DNA of 64,000 nucleotides from Waterburya sp. (GTDB lineage Bacteria; Cyanobacteriota; Cyanobacteriia; Cyanobacteriales; Xenococcaceae). The first letter of the stretch is position 1. Every line of letters starts with the position of its first letter. The notes beneath the pieces were generated by a model. The model did no database searches. It saw nothing but the letters and a program-made list of their open reading frames with translations, and was not told the DNA's origin. The stretch spans positions 2,624,001-2,688,000 of the forward strand of contig CBDCJV010000002.1 in NCBI GenBank assembly GCA_965217895.1, read 5' to 3'. This document shows positions 10,401 through 19,804 of the stretch, piece after piece. The translations under genes were made by a program, and so were the position numbers.

Positions 10401-11785
10401 ACTTCTGGGTTGGCAAAATCACCATAGGTAATTGATTGAGCGACTTCAGGTTTATAGCTGCCGTCCTCGCCAAGGATGCCTAAAGCGGTAAGTAATTCCT
10501 CGCCATAAGCAGCCACAGCGTCTTCTTGAGTAAATTCCTCTTGACTAAAGTTAGCAACAAAATCGTAAGGGACAGAAAAACCACCACCACCTTCGTTGAT
10601 GTCATCGTCCTCAGTGTCACCAAACAACTGTACTAGGGGAATATCTTCTAGACCAAGTTCAGTTAAAGTTGCGTTAAGCTCAATTAAATTACTAACCTCA
10701 AAAGACTGGATAAAGATACGGTCTGGATCGGTAAAACCACTATCCTGTAAAGTCTTAATCAAAGGTTCTTCTAAAGATAAACCCTGCTCATCAAAAAAGG
10801 ATGGATGCTTTGTTTCGGGATAAATACCCACCTTTACTCCTGTTTCGGCTTCCGTCTCTTGAACTAGTTGAATGACCTCTTCCAAGGTGGGGATTTCAAA
10901 CGCGCCATTAAAACTTTGATCGCGAAATTCTTGGGGCTGTACTGCCCGTATCTGTTTAATCTCCTCTAAAGTAAAGTCCTCAGCAAAATACGCTGTCACC
11001 TCTTCGCCATCAAGGATTTTAGTAGACATTTTGTCTTCACCAAAGACTTCGGCGACGTTGGTAGTGTCGTCTAATATTGGTTCATGACGATCTATTAAAA
11101 CCCCATCTTTAGTAGATACTAAGTCTGGTTCGATAAAATCTGCCCCTTGAGCGATCGCCACACGGTAAGCTTCTAAGGTATGCTCTGGTAACACCCCACT
11201 TGCGCCGCGATGCCCAATAACTAATGGGTCTTGACCATTCAGAGTATTTAAATTAGTAATGTTAGGAGTCGGAACAGGTGCTTCGAGTAACTTGCCCTCT
11301 GAATCAAAGTGCAATAAGTAGGGACCAAATTCATCACCTACCCATATATCACCGTTATCATCAATTACAAAGGACTCAACATCCAAGTCTCCCCCTGTAA
11401 GTAAACGCTCTTTACTATCTTGATTAACGATATCAAAATCAATAAGCTTGTCAGGATCTGATAGTTGAATAAAGTCTTCTATTTCAATACTGCCGTCACC
11501 ATTTTCTAATCCTGCAAAATTTGGATCTGCTTGATAGATGCGTAATAGATAATCTTGGCTGTTTTCTTGGCTACCAAAGCCATTATCAGATAAAAACCAA
11601 AATGCCCCTGTGTTTCCAGGGGCAAACTGTACGCCACTAAAACCTTGTATAGGTTGTCCTTCAAAAGGACCAGTACGTCCATTGGCATCTATAGGATTAC
11701 CTTCGCCATCATTGCCCCCCGCGGGACTGCCCTCAGCGAAAGTATCTGCTGGCAAAGTGGCAAAGCCAGCCAGTTTGTTAGCCAT
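7496..11785 (-). CDS. Large acidic multi-domain phosphoesterase: phytase-like esterase split by a GDPD domain, then a PhoX-like domain and an RTX-like tail
   Basis: SDNGFG/GDEFGP...GFEGMA/NDNNYP (phytase-like); GHRGASG..PEHT, IEPDL, ETKHP, FTDFP (GDPD); NHE, RLCS, GEE, RPED, SPDN, QED, WESSG (PhoX-like); GADQF..ITDF tail. Confidence 0.85.
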   Translation of the reverse strand: MANKLAGFATLPADTFAEGSPAGGNDGEGNPIDANGRTGPFEGQPIQGFSGVQFAPGNTGAFWFLSDNGFGSQENSQDYLLRIYQADPNFAGLENGDGSIEIEDFIQLSDPDKLIDFDIVNQDSKERLLTGGDLDVESFVIDDNGDIWVGDEFGPYLLHFDSEGKLLEAPVPTPNITNLNTLNGQDPLVIGHRGASGVLPEHTLEAYRVAIAQGADFIEPDLVSTKDGVLIDRHEPILDDTTNVAEVFGEDKMSTKILDGEEVTAYFAEDFTLEEIKQIRAVQPQEFRDQSFNGAFEIPTLEEVIQLVQETEAETGVKVGIYPETKHPSFFDEQGLSLEEPLIKTLQDSGFTDPDRIFIQSFEVSNLIELNATLTELGLEDIPLVQLFGDTEDDDINEGGGGFSVPYDFVANFSQEEFTQEDAVAAYGEELLTALGILGEDGSYKPEVAQSITYGDFANPEVIEIISSYADGLGPWKNNILLREDLDKPVDGNGDGKAEITTQLTGEVFPLVDYAHDAGLQVHPYTLRNEEQFLTLDAEGNSQTPEEEFKQLIDVGVDGFFTDFPATGVAVVDSVTGEFVQSPQNPSLGNGIPNLERSKGFEGMAFSPDRKTLYPLLEGTVDGDPENALRIYEFDVASASYNGLVGYYPTTDGNPIGDFTPINDHEFLVIERDNNQGEEAKFKKIFKIDISQVDENGFVAKEEVVDLLNIEDPNDLNSDGNTTFDFPFETIENIVVADENTILVANDNNYPFSQGREGDIDNNEVIAINLDTPLNLDPNLGGNIMNPTPIENTGITEQPAQMIGLNGYEVDPIFTIGEEFDGYAPPGDLDGLGAFALDDDTVRIVANHELSEEGYAYTLANGTELTGGRVSFFDLNKETLQLEDAGLAYDKIINRNGEEVDEVTDLEYEGLNRLCSAHYIEANQFGEGRGLTDSLFFTGEENAGGTEFILDPATNTLQAAPWMGRAAWENVTELDTGTTNQVAFLVGDDREAAPLTMYVGEKDTCENAGLLESNGLVGGKLYTWVPDGDLADTLTFTNEDGEEVDDDNAPDPAGFNGTGSSQAGSWVELDYYRPDLASSAVDTNDDGEIQDELGYDEQGFATQAQQDQMSIDAGGFQFSRPEDVATNPENGTQAVLNSTGRGDRFAEDNFGTTYKISTEFDESGDPLTGQIDILYDGDDAGNGQFEGSDFGLRSPDNTDWADDGYIYLQEDRATAEDEDFGGTSGEEASIWKLDPESGELTRVAQMDRSALAEGQTDPEPDDIGNWESSGILDVSELFDEAPGTRFIFDVQAHSVEDGIIAEADLVEGGQLNFLTTDAPETSKVEEIPTTVVGTVKDDLLEVEGGNTITGSLGADQFWIANDPEFPSTITDFTSGEDVIGISSLGIGYDDLNITQTDAGALISVNGHNLAIVADTPADFLASEDNFAFA

Positions 11786-11833
11786 GTTGTGTTCTTCTAG
11801 TTAGGTGAATTATAAATTCCTAAAATTTGCAAA

Positions 11834-11877
11834 CAAAAACATGGAAATAATTTGATTGTGTTATTTCCATGTTTTTG
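11834..11877. promoter_or_regulatory. Perfect 17-bp stem-loop in the phosphatase leader
   Basis: CAAAAACATGGAAATAA-N10-TTATTTCCATGTTTTTG. Confidence 0.6.
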
Positions 11878-11948
11878 CTCTTTCACCTATTAGAATTGCA
11901 CAGTTAAATTAAGAACAAGCAATTAGTTATTTAACAATTAACCAAGCT

Positions 11949-11978
11949 TATTTAACAACTGTTTAATTTAAGTTTAAG
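11949..11978 (-). promoter_or_regulatory. Putative Pho box (SphR/PhoB site)
   Basis: CTTAAACT-nnn-ATTAAACA-nnn-GTTAAATA at 11-bp period; resembles the cyanobacterial CTTAACCT repeat; upstream of a phosphatase. Confidence 0.45.
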
Positions 11979-12344
11979 TATGAATATTTATCAATATATT
12001 ATCTATTGTAGTATGTTTTATGATAAAAAATATATCTTTGTAACATTTTTGACTAAAGCTCTAAAATATAAAAATTATCGATAGCATAATATTGTCTTAA
12101 CCGTTAACTTAACTAATGCTTACCTAATTATTGATTCGTAATTTTACCTAAATAAATTCGCTTTGAATTATCGTTTTTTATAATCCAACCTAAAGATTTC
12201 AGGCGATAAAGAAGATTAGATATTGTTACTCCAAATTTATTGGCGATCGCATTTTGGGTAAAGTTGTATACTTTTGATCGCCAATTTTTACAGAAGGCTA
12301 ACAATTTAACTGAATGCCTATTTAAACAGCCTTAGTTCTTTCAG

Positions 12345-13736
12345 CTACTTCATTTGCTTGATAATTTTCATTGTCTCTACGCTGACTGTACAAACACGCT
12401 GAAGCAGATCGATTACTTGTTCTTTATAATCAGCAAAACGATAGGTATTAAACTTCTCGGCAATAGTTTTATCTTTGGGTTTTTTTTCTTTATATTGATC
12501 TAAAATCCATTCAAGCGCGCTACGGTTGCCGAGTTTGTATTCCCAAGCTTCACAGGGAACATTATGCAAACTAGTATCCGCATCAAGAGTAATAATTCCC
12601 TTGTCTCGATCTGCCTTCAGCTTTACTTTGGGCGATGTTTTACTTACTGAGGGAATATCAATACGCTTTAGTGCATAAGGTTCAATAGTTTCGTAATTGA
12701 TATGTAAATCCATTAGCTGTCTTCCCCAATCTGCCCATTGACGAAAGTTATCGTAAAAAGGAATACGAGGAAATTCTCGTTTTAGGTTAAGTTCGTATTT
12801 TTCTCTATATGCAGGGTTGTGTAAGACAGCGTAGGTGTAATGGAATATTTCTAGCTTGGTAATTGCCTCATCTTCGTATATAGCTTTTAGGAACTTTTGT
12901 TTTTCGTGATGATTGGCAATATTAGCAGCGGTACGTTTAATTACTTCGTAATAACTGTTGATTTTAGAGAAAGTATTTCTTTTAACATTGCCAGTGAAAA
13001 AAGTGTTGACTACTAAATGTAGTTCCCTTGCTATATTATTTTCTCGATGAAATTGCGTTTCATTAAAAATGCTAATAAATATATCTTCTGTTAAAATGTG
13101 CTGAATAATCATTTCTCGCACATCAAGAAAACTAACTTCAGGATTAATCGACTGTCGGCAAATAGCTAAAAACTTATCCTTAGAATCGCTAAACTGTTTA
13201 TTTGTTTCTGTTTGCTTTTCAATTAAATCTCTTAGCTCAATTAAAATCTTAGGTATATCTTCTCTAAAAGACTTAATTGCTTGACGAAAATTAGTTACTT
13301 CTGGAGGAACATAATTAACAAATTCACTGATCAAACCATCTAAACCAGTCGTATCTTTCATGTCAATACGTCCAGTTTCATCTCCATGCTGAATTAAAAC
13401 AGCAGTTAGTGAATCTTCAAAAAGAATATTTTGATCTGGATATCCTTTAGCAAACTTTTTTTCTATCTCTTCATCAAGATTGTCATATTTATCTTTTGCT
13501 TACCAATAACCATAATCAAGCCTAATTGCATCTTTTACAGTGCCATCGGGACGAACCGTTTTACCTGCTTTAGTTTTATAATCTAATTCGGGAATCAATA
13601 AATAGTCTTTAGGCTTACAATATTCATTGAGTAAATTTTGAAAAGCCGACCTAATTGCAGTTTCTTTGATTGTTCCACCATACTGAATTAGTTTTTCTAC
13701 TTCTTGATGATATTGGGCTACTAAAAACTTAGACAT
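12345..13736 (-). pseudogene. Single-chain (type IIG/ISP-like) restriction-modification enzyme with a nonsense codon and an internal deletion
   Basis: One frame reads RPDGT...GYW*AKDK (TAA at 13500-13502); N-terminal KQKFLKAIYE joins directly to the C-terminal block IFHYTYAVLH..FPRIP..GNRSALEWILDQYK; no methyltransferase motifs remain. Confidence 0.85.
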
Positions 13737-14089
13737 AATAAAGAAAGAATATAAAACAGTTTTAATAAACTTATTCTTCCCTTTATATTCTTGATAAGTT
13801 TCTAGTTGTTGTCCGCAATTTTATAAAGAATTGATGAAGAAAAATTATAAATAGTATAAAAGTCTATAATCGCCATCGATCTACACTATATGTAGAGTAG
13901 ATTGTTAAAATTGGTTGTTTGATATTGACTCAAATTTATATTCGTCTTTAATAATTAGATATATATAAGCGCGTAAAAATAACTAGAGCGGCTAATTCAA
14001 CCGAGAAATTAACGACGTAAATTTATTTATATCTTTTACTAACTAAGTAAAATTATCGCTTTTCTCAAGTATCTTGATCGCTAAATATC

Positions 14090-14223
14090 TATTCATAATG
14101 ATGACCCATGTTCCACTTTCCTTTGATCGTAATCGTAATTACAGTTGATAGCTTTTGGCTATTTCTTAATTAAATTAAACGATAAAGATTATCTCTCGCT
14201 TCTTTAGCAGTAAATGGTTTCAT
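14090..14223 (-). pseudogene. Phd/YefM antitoxin remnant
   Basis: ATG at 14223 gives MKPFTAKEARDNLYRLI*, followed by frameshifted EIAKSYQ / VITITIKGK. Confidence 0.6.
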
Positions 14224-14496
14224 TCTTTACACCGTACCATTACAAACTAGATCGAAAAGCGATCGCGATAAATATTTAAACTGTCGGTTTTACTCTCTTA
14301 TTTGACTAGTGAAAATATCACATGGTTTCTATATGGTAAGCAAGGAGAATTTATTCGGTATTAGATAGCTAGTGATTCAGCAACCGAAAAAGAGGTTAGC
14401 TAAAATTGATTCGCAACTATATAACTTAGATTGAATTAAAGGGTCTTCGTCTTGCTATAATCAGCTTTAAACTGACCTTTAACTAATGAGAAATAA

Positions 14497-15738
14497 ATGG
14501 TAGACTGGCAGGTAGTCAAAGGTGGAATCACTGCACCAAAAGGATTTAGGGCAGCAGGAGTTGTTGCGGGATTGAAATCTAGTGGAGCAAAAGACTTGGC
14601 TTTGATCTTATCAGAGACAGATGCGATCGCCGCAGGCGTGTTTACCACTTCGCAAGTACGGGCTGCCTGTGTGGATTATTGTCGTCAGCGTCTTCAGACT
14701 AAGGCAAGTGCTAGAGCTATTCTATGTAATGCAGGACAGGCTAACGCTGCTACAGGAGAACCTGGTTGGAATGATGCAGTTGAGACTGCCAAATTGCTAG
14801 GCGAAGCACTAAATATTTCTGGGGATGCTGTACTCCTTGCCTCTACAGGAGTAATCGGACAGAGAATAAAAATGGATGCGCTGCGACGAGGAATTCCCCA
14901 GGTAGTTAGTGCAGCTACCGTTGAAGGTGGTGCTGATGCTGCCAGGGCGATCGTTACCACTGATTTAGTTATCAAAGAAATTGCCCTAGAAGCTATTATT
15001 GAGGGTCGTCCTGTACGCATTGGCGGAATTGCTAAAGGTTCAGGCATGATTGCTCCTAATATGGCAACTATGCTCGGATTTGTTACCTGTGATGCTGCGG
15101 TGTCTACTGGTTTGTGGCACGAAATGCTAAAACGAGCCGTAGATAAAAGCTTCAATCAGATTACCGTAGATGGCGACACTAGTACTAATGATTGCGTGCT
15201 TGCTTTAGCTAATGGACAGTCTCGCACTACCGCTATTACTAGTGATAGTGCCAACGCCAAAAAGTTAGAGGCAATGCTCACTGAAGTTTGTCAATATTTG
15301 GCTAAAGCAGTGGCTCGTGATGGCGAAGGAGCAACCTGCCTGATTGAAGTACAGGTATCAGGAGCAGCAGACGATCTCGCTGCTTCTCAAGTAGCCAAAA
15401 CTATTGCTGGCTCATCTTTAGTCAAGTCAGCAGTTTTTGGGCGCGATCCTAACTGGGGAAGGATTGCAGCAGCAGCAGGTAGAGCAGGGGTCAAGTTTCA
15501 TCAAGACGAGTTAAATATTAAGCTGGGAGACATCGTGTTGATGAAAAATGGTCAACCCCAAGACTTTGACCGCAGTGCAGCAAGTGACTATCTCAAGCAA
15601 GCAGCAGCAGGAGAATATTTAAAAACAGATACGGTATTGATTTTAGTAAATATCGGCGTAGGTACAGGAAAAAGCACCGCTTGGGGCTGCGACTTAACCT
15701 ATAAATATGTCGAAATTAACGCTGAGTACACTACTTAA
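14497..15738 (+). CDS. argJ: Bifunctional ornithine acetyltransferase / N-acetylglutamate synthase
   Basis: KGSGMIAPNMATML autocleavage site, DGDTSTND, DGEGAT, DPNWGR, C-terminal INAEYTT. Confidence 0.97.
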   Translation: MVDWQVVKGGITAPKGFRAAGVVAGLKSSGAKDLALILSETDAIAAGVFTTSQVRAACVDYCRQRLQTKASARAILCNAGQANAATGEPGWNDAVETAKLLGEALNISGDAVLLASTGVIGQRIKMDALRRGIPQVVSAATVEGGADAARAIVTTDLVIKEIALEAIIEGRPVRIGGIAKGSGMIAPNMATMLGFVTCDAAVSTGLWHEMLKRAVDKSFNQITVDGDTSTNDCVLALANGQSRTTAITSDSANAKKLEAMLTEVCQYLAKAVARDGEGATCLIEVQVSGAADDLAASQVAKTIAGSSLVKSAVFGRDPNWGRIAAAAGRAGVKFHQDELNIKLGDIVLMKNGQPQDFDRSAASDYLKQAAAGEYLKTDTVLILVNIGVGTGKSTAWGCDLTYKYVEINAEYTT

Positions 15739-15760
15739 ATCTTGCTTTAATTCTTAATCA

Positions 15761-16123
15761 TCAATTTTTTCGCTCACCAAACCACTCATAGCGATGGTCG
15801 CGTATTTGCTCATAACTGCGATCGCCAAGCCATTTCATGCCTGGAATAGCTCGATAGGCTGCAATAAATAACTCGCCCAAGGGTAGCAAGCGGGTAATTT
15901 CTTCGGCTGCTTCACTACCCTGCCATCTTTTAGCTGGCTGATTACCATCAATTAAAATCATACCTGCTTCGCAATCTGTAGGCACAATGCCAAATTTTGC
16001 CAAAGCCGATTCATCCTGCATGGGAATATAGTCGAAAAGCTTCCCGCGATCGTATTGCTGTAGAAGCTCTGTAAAAGTGCTACAGAAGTTACATTTACCA
16101 TCATAAATAACTTTATATTTCAT
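15761..16123 (-). CDS. DCC family thiol-disulfide oxidoreductase (DUF393)
   Basis: YDGKCNFC motif. Confidence 0.9.
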   Translation of the reverse strand: MKYKVIYDGKCNFCSTFTELLQQYDRGKLFDYIPMQDESALAKFGIVPTDCEAGMILIDGNQPAKRWQGSEAAEEITRLLPLGELFIAAYRAIPGMKWLGDRSYEQIRDHRYEWFGERKN

Positions 16124-16317
16124 ATTAAATTTTTTTATTAAACAGCAGTTAATATCCTAGTCGCTAGGTTTTACATTCTTCACAGATTCAACTAAAAGAA
16201 TTTAAGCTATGGGAACAGTTTAAGCCAGCACATAACCTTTATTAAAAATAAATCACTAAAGAAGTAAAAAAAAGCTGGCTGACGATCTCTTTGTGAAATA
16301 CTAATATTACACACCAA

Positions 16318-16575
16318 CTAATCAATATAAATTTGGTCGATGTAACACCAACGCCAATCTTCATTTGGTTCAAAAGATTCTACGATAGGATGTTTTGTCG
16401 TATCAAAATGTTTCTGAGCGTGTTTATTTTTAGAGGAATTACAGCATCCTACATGACCGCAGATTAGGCACATCCGTAGATGCACCCAGGAATCACCCAA
16501 CTTCAGACACTCTTCGCATCCTTCAGCACTAGGAGTAACTTGTTGAATCTGGCTGGTATGAGTACATTGAGTCAT
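16318..16575 (-). CDS. UBP-type zinc finger protein
   Basis: CTH..GCEEC..WVHLRMCLICGHVGCC..HA..H..WRWCY. Confidence 0.92.
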   Translation of the reverse strand: MTQCTHTSQIQQVTPSAEGCEECLKLGDSWVHLRMCLICGHVGCCNSSKNKHAQKHFDTTKHPIVESFEPNEDWRWCYIDQIYID

Positions 16576-16659
16576 AATTTTTAATTAGTTTGATAGTTGT
16601 AAAAAAAATAATCTTCTTTGGCTAGTTTTCAAAATTACCAACCATATTAAAGTTGACAA

Positions 16660-17055
16660 CTATTTTTTGTCTAGCTCGTTTTTTCTCAGCTCGTTAAGTA
16701 AAGCACCGCCTTTGTTAGCTGGTTCTAATGCCGATATCGCTGTAGCTAACTCCATGACTTTGTGCAATTCTTCCCACGTCGCTCCTGCTTGACGAGCAGC
16801 TAAAGCATGAAATTTAGCTGCTCCAGAACCTTCTATTAAAAGCATGGCAAACAACATTAGCTGAGTAGTTTTCAGGTCGAAAACATCGTTATAAAAGGCG
16901 TGAGCGCGAAGTTTTTCGACTAAAAGTAAAGCTTCTGGATCGACATCCGAACTAAATTCAAATTTAGCTTTGGGTAAAGGTGGAACTTCGCCAAACATTT
17001 CAGTATAGCTATGGCGAAAATTATCGATCTCATTTTGTTGGGTTGAATCTGACAT
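16660..17055 (-). CDS. Carboxymuconolactone decarboxylase (CMD/AhpD-like) protein without Cys
   Basis: DLKTTQLM...FHALAARQAGATWEEL signature. Confidence 0.8.
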   Translation of the reverse strand: MSDSTQQNEIDNFRHSYTEMFGEVPPLPKAKFEFSSDVDPEALLLVEKLRAHAFYNDVFDLKTTQLMLFAMLLIEGSGAAKFHALAARQAGATWEELHKVMELATAISALEPANKGGALLNELRKNELDKK

Positions 17056-17069
17056 AGTTAGTGATTTAA

Positions 17070-17678
17070 TTAATTTTGAGTGAACATCTTTACCACTTCT
17101 GGGGGTGGTGCGACATTTCCTGTTGCCATGAGTTTTTTGCCAGCAAGTTCCTTAGTCACCCTGGCAATATTCGCCCCGTGATGATAGCCAGCCTCTAACA
17201 TTTCTATAGTCACACCTACAGGCTTCATTACCTTATCTCCAGAACGCCCGTTAGGTCCCCAGTGCATTCCAGCTACATCAAAACCTGGAGTAGTTTTGGG
17301 CAGAGTAACCAAAATCATGCCACAGGCTGCCATTGCCGATAACATTCCTAATTGTGCTAGCTCACAACCCGCACCCATATTGCCATAACCACCACCAACG
17401 CTAAACACACCACCTACTTTGCCTACTACTTCATCAGTCAACCAAAGTTTTTCTAAGGTATCTTCAATAAACTTTTTAATCCGTGCATCGGCGGTGCGAT
17501 GGCGGATAGGAGAACCAAGAATTAAAGCATCGCCAGCTTTTACGTCTTCAATTGTTGCTTCATCAGAGGATTTTAGAATAACTTCTACTTCTACAGATTT
17601 TGCACCATCAGCAACCGCTTGTGCCATTTTTTGCGTATTACCGATGCTGGTAGTGTAAACAATTAGAATTTTTGCCAT
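17070..17678 (-). CDS. WrbA-like flavodoxin / NAD(P)H:quinone oxidoreductase
   Basis: YTTSIGNTQKMA FMN loop, LGSP, GKVGGVF. Confidence 0.85.
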   Translation of the reverse strand: MAKILIVYTTSIGNTQKMAQAVADGAKSVEVEVILKSSDEATIEDVKAGDALILGSPIRHRTADARIKKFIEDTLEKLWLTDEVVGKVGGVFSVGGGYGNMGAGCELAQLGMLSAMAACGMILVTLPKTTPGFDVAGMHWGPNGRSGDKVMKPVGVTIEMLEAGYHHGANIARVTKELAGKKLMATGNVAPPPEVVKMFTQN

Positions 17679-17845
17679 GTTTGGTTATTTTCTATTTAGT
17701 ATTCAACTTTCTTCAAAAAAGCAAATATATGTTTTAAAAGGATTTGCTGGATATTTTCTGACAGCAATACTGGCTCATCTAAGTAAACCAAGGTATCGAC
17801 TAAACAGAGAATTAAACTTGTCATTATTCAACATTTTTAATTTAA

Positions 17846-18484
17846 CTACCGTGTCGCCGCAATATCTCCCAAAAAGTCATAAAGTCCCATATGTTCGCCA
17901 AAAGCCTTATTCATTCCAGCAGAGGTATCACGATTTTCGTCGTGTTTTAATTCCGCTGCTACAGCAATCCAGTTAGTCATAATTACTCCAGCCTGAGTTA
18001 AGCGCATAACGGTAGCTAGTTCAGCTTGAGCAGTCCATGTTCCAGAAGCATCAATGACGGCATAAACGTCATACCCTGCTTTAATTGCTGCTAGGGCAGG
18101 AAAAGCCAAACAAACATCGGTGGTAATAGCTGCCATGATTAGCTTTTTACGATTGGTATCTTTGACAGCCTGAAGACATTCAGGATCGTTCCAAAGATTA
18201 ATTGGGGAGCGGTCGTGAATTTTATGGTCGGGAAATAGTTCTTTAATTTCGGGAATCGTTGGTCCATTAGGACCTTGCGCCGAACTTGTAAACAACACGG
18301 TAGGGAAGTCAAATACCCTAGCTGTTTTAGCCAAACCAATTACATTATTTTTCAAGATTTGTTGATCGATGCTTTTTACTCCCAAAAATAGTCCCGCCTG
18401 ATGATCGATTAACAGCATGGAGCAATTATCTGGGGTAAGCTGTTCGTAATAAGCGGGAAATTGGGCGATCGCATTGGTATTCAT
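17846..18484 (-). CDS. YcaC-type isochorismatase-family cysteine hydrolase (copy 1)
   Basis: LLIDHQ, GPNGP, DR, TTDVC, DASGT. Confidence 0.92.
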   Translation of the reverse strand: MNTNAIAQFPAYYEQLTPDNCSMLLIDHQAGLFLGVKSIDQQILKNNVIGLAKTARVFDFPTVLFTSSAQGPNGPTIPEIKELFPDHKIHDRSPINLWNDPECLQAVKDTNRKKLIMAAITTDVCLAFPALAAIKAGYDVYAVIDASGTWTAQAELATVMRLTQAGVIMTNWIAVAAELKHDENRDTSAGMNKAFGEHMGLYDFLGDIAATR

Positions 18485-18557
18485 TAAGTAATTACTCCTG
18501 ATTTTGATAATTTTTAAATCAACATTAATTTAAAAACTCTATTCCATATCTTTAAAA

Positions 18558-18944
18558 TTAGATTAAGGAGCGTTGAGGCTCTGATAGTGTGACTTGAACA
18601 GTGATTTTGCCGTCATTGAGAAGCCAAGGGCGGATAGTGAAGGTACGAGCGCCACTAATATGCATCGGATCTGCTTGTGCAGTTTTTTGAGCTTCTTCAA
18701 CAGAATTGGCTCGGTAGATCAACAAGCCATCTCCTTCAAAATATTGACCGTCATTTGTCCAAAGTGGTCCTGCTCCAAACAAAACATTTCTATCTTCTAA
18801 TTCTTTTAAGTAGGCTCGATGCTCTAACAAATTTTGTTTGACGGATTCTAAGTTTTTTGCCGTAGAAACTACGACGTAAAGCTGCATCCGTAGAGAATTT
18901 CCTGAGTCTTCGATAATTTTGTTGGCTTCAACGCGATCGCTCAT
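18558..18944 (-). CDS. YciI family protein
   Basis: EHRAYL..GAGP..GLLIYRA..ADPMH. Confidence 0.88.
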   Translation of the reverse strand: MSDRVEANKIIEDSGNSLRMQLYVVVSTAKNLESVKQNLLEHRAYLKELEDRNVLFGAGPLWTNDGQYFEGDGLLIYRANSVEEAQKTAQADPMHISGARTFTIRPWLLNDGKITVQVTLSEPQRSLI

Positions 18945-18972
18945 ATTTCTAGCTTATATATGAATTTTAATT

Positions 18973-19563
18973 TTAAGCAATTTGGGGCAACACATCTTGG
19001 AACATAACTTGAAGTAATTGTGCGCCTTCTGGTCGGCTCCAATCTTGTGCTAGTTCTGCCATCATCGTATTGGTTGCTGTTAAGACTACTCCTTCGCGCT
19101 CCATTCGTCGTCTTGACATTTCTTCGGAAACCTCATAGGGTGAACCCGAAGCATCCATCACAGCTTGAACTTGATAGCCTTCTTGACGTGCGCTAATTGC
19201 AGGAAAAACAAGACAGATATCGGTGGTCACTCCTGCCATAATTAAGTTTTTTCGTTCAGTGGCTTCAACCGCTGCTTTAAAATTTGTATCATTCCAAGCG
19301 TTAACAATGCCTGCTCTTTTGATACGAGCTTCATAAGCTTTCGGTAAAACTTCTGCTAGTTCTCGAAAGAGCGAACCTTGAATATTTTCCTCTTGACTAC
19401 TGGTAAGAATTACAGGGATATTGAGAATTTTCGCTGTCTTTGCCAGAGCTAAAGTATTTTTTTTCACCACTTCTTGCGAAATATTATGGATCAGCTTCAT
19501 TGTTCCAATCTGGTGATCGATTAACAATAATGCTGAGTTTTCAGATGTGAAGATACCGTTCAT
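18973..19563 (-). CDS. YcaC-type hydrolase (copy 2)
   Basis: LLIDHQ, KR.G.VNAW, TTDIC, DASGS; GGAGG RBS before the ATG at 19563. Confidence 0.92.
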   Translation of the reverse strand: MNGIFTSENSALLLIDHQIGTMKLIHNISQEVVKKNTLALAKTAKILNIPVILTSSQEENIQGSLFRELAEVLPKAYEARIKRAGIVNAWNDTNFKAAVEATERKNLIMAGVTTDICLVFPAISARQEGYQVQAVMDASGSPYEVSEEMSRRRMEREGVVLTATNTMMAELAQDWSRPEGAQLLQVMFQDVLPQIA

Positions 19564-19605
19564 TTCTGCCTCCAAAGAGTTTTGCGCTTTGTAATAATTT
19601 GATGT

Positions 19606-19723
19606 TTTGATTATCAATTACTTGCATACGAAAATACAAGTAGGCACAAAAAAATGCTATACATACAAAAATGTGTGTATTAACCTTGAAGCCATGACCA
19701 ACGAAAAACCAATGCTGCTTTAG
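19606..19723 (+). repeat. Duplicated hxlR divergent control region plus a 9-codon hxlR stub
   Basis: Close copy of 20494-20610; ATG at 19694 gives MTNEKPMLL*, against MTNEKPNNVL in the intact gene. Confidence 0.85.
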
Positions 19724-19804
19724 AAGCAATGCAAGACTAAAGGTTAGTGTACGGTAATCAATATTATGGCAACACTGTTTTAATAGTCGTCGTTGCTAGC
19801 TTTA

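Noticed and set aside
12039..12055. GTA-N8-GAC as an NtcA site
   Set aside because: Mismatch in the TAC half and no supporting context.
13883..13898. ACACTATATGTAGAGT resembles an NrdR box
   Set aside because: Single copy, no partner box about 31 bp away and no ribonucleotide reductase gene nearby; a chance match in AT-rich DNA is plausible.
14436..15155. Antisense ORFs over argJ, and similar ones over TamB, htpG and the phosphatase
   Set aside because: Shadow frames of well-supported genes with no recognisable motifs.
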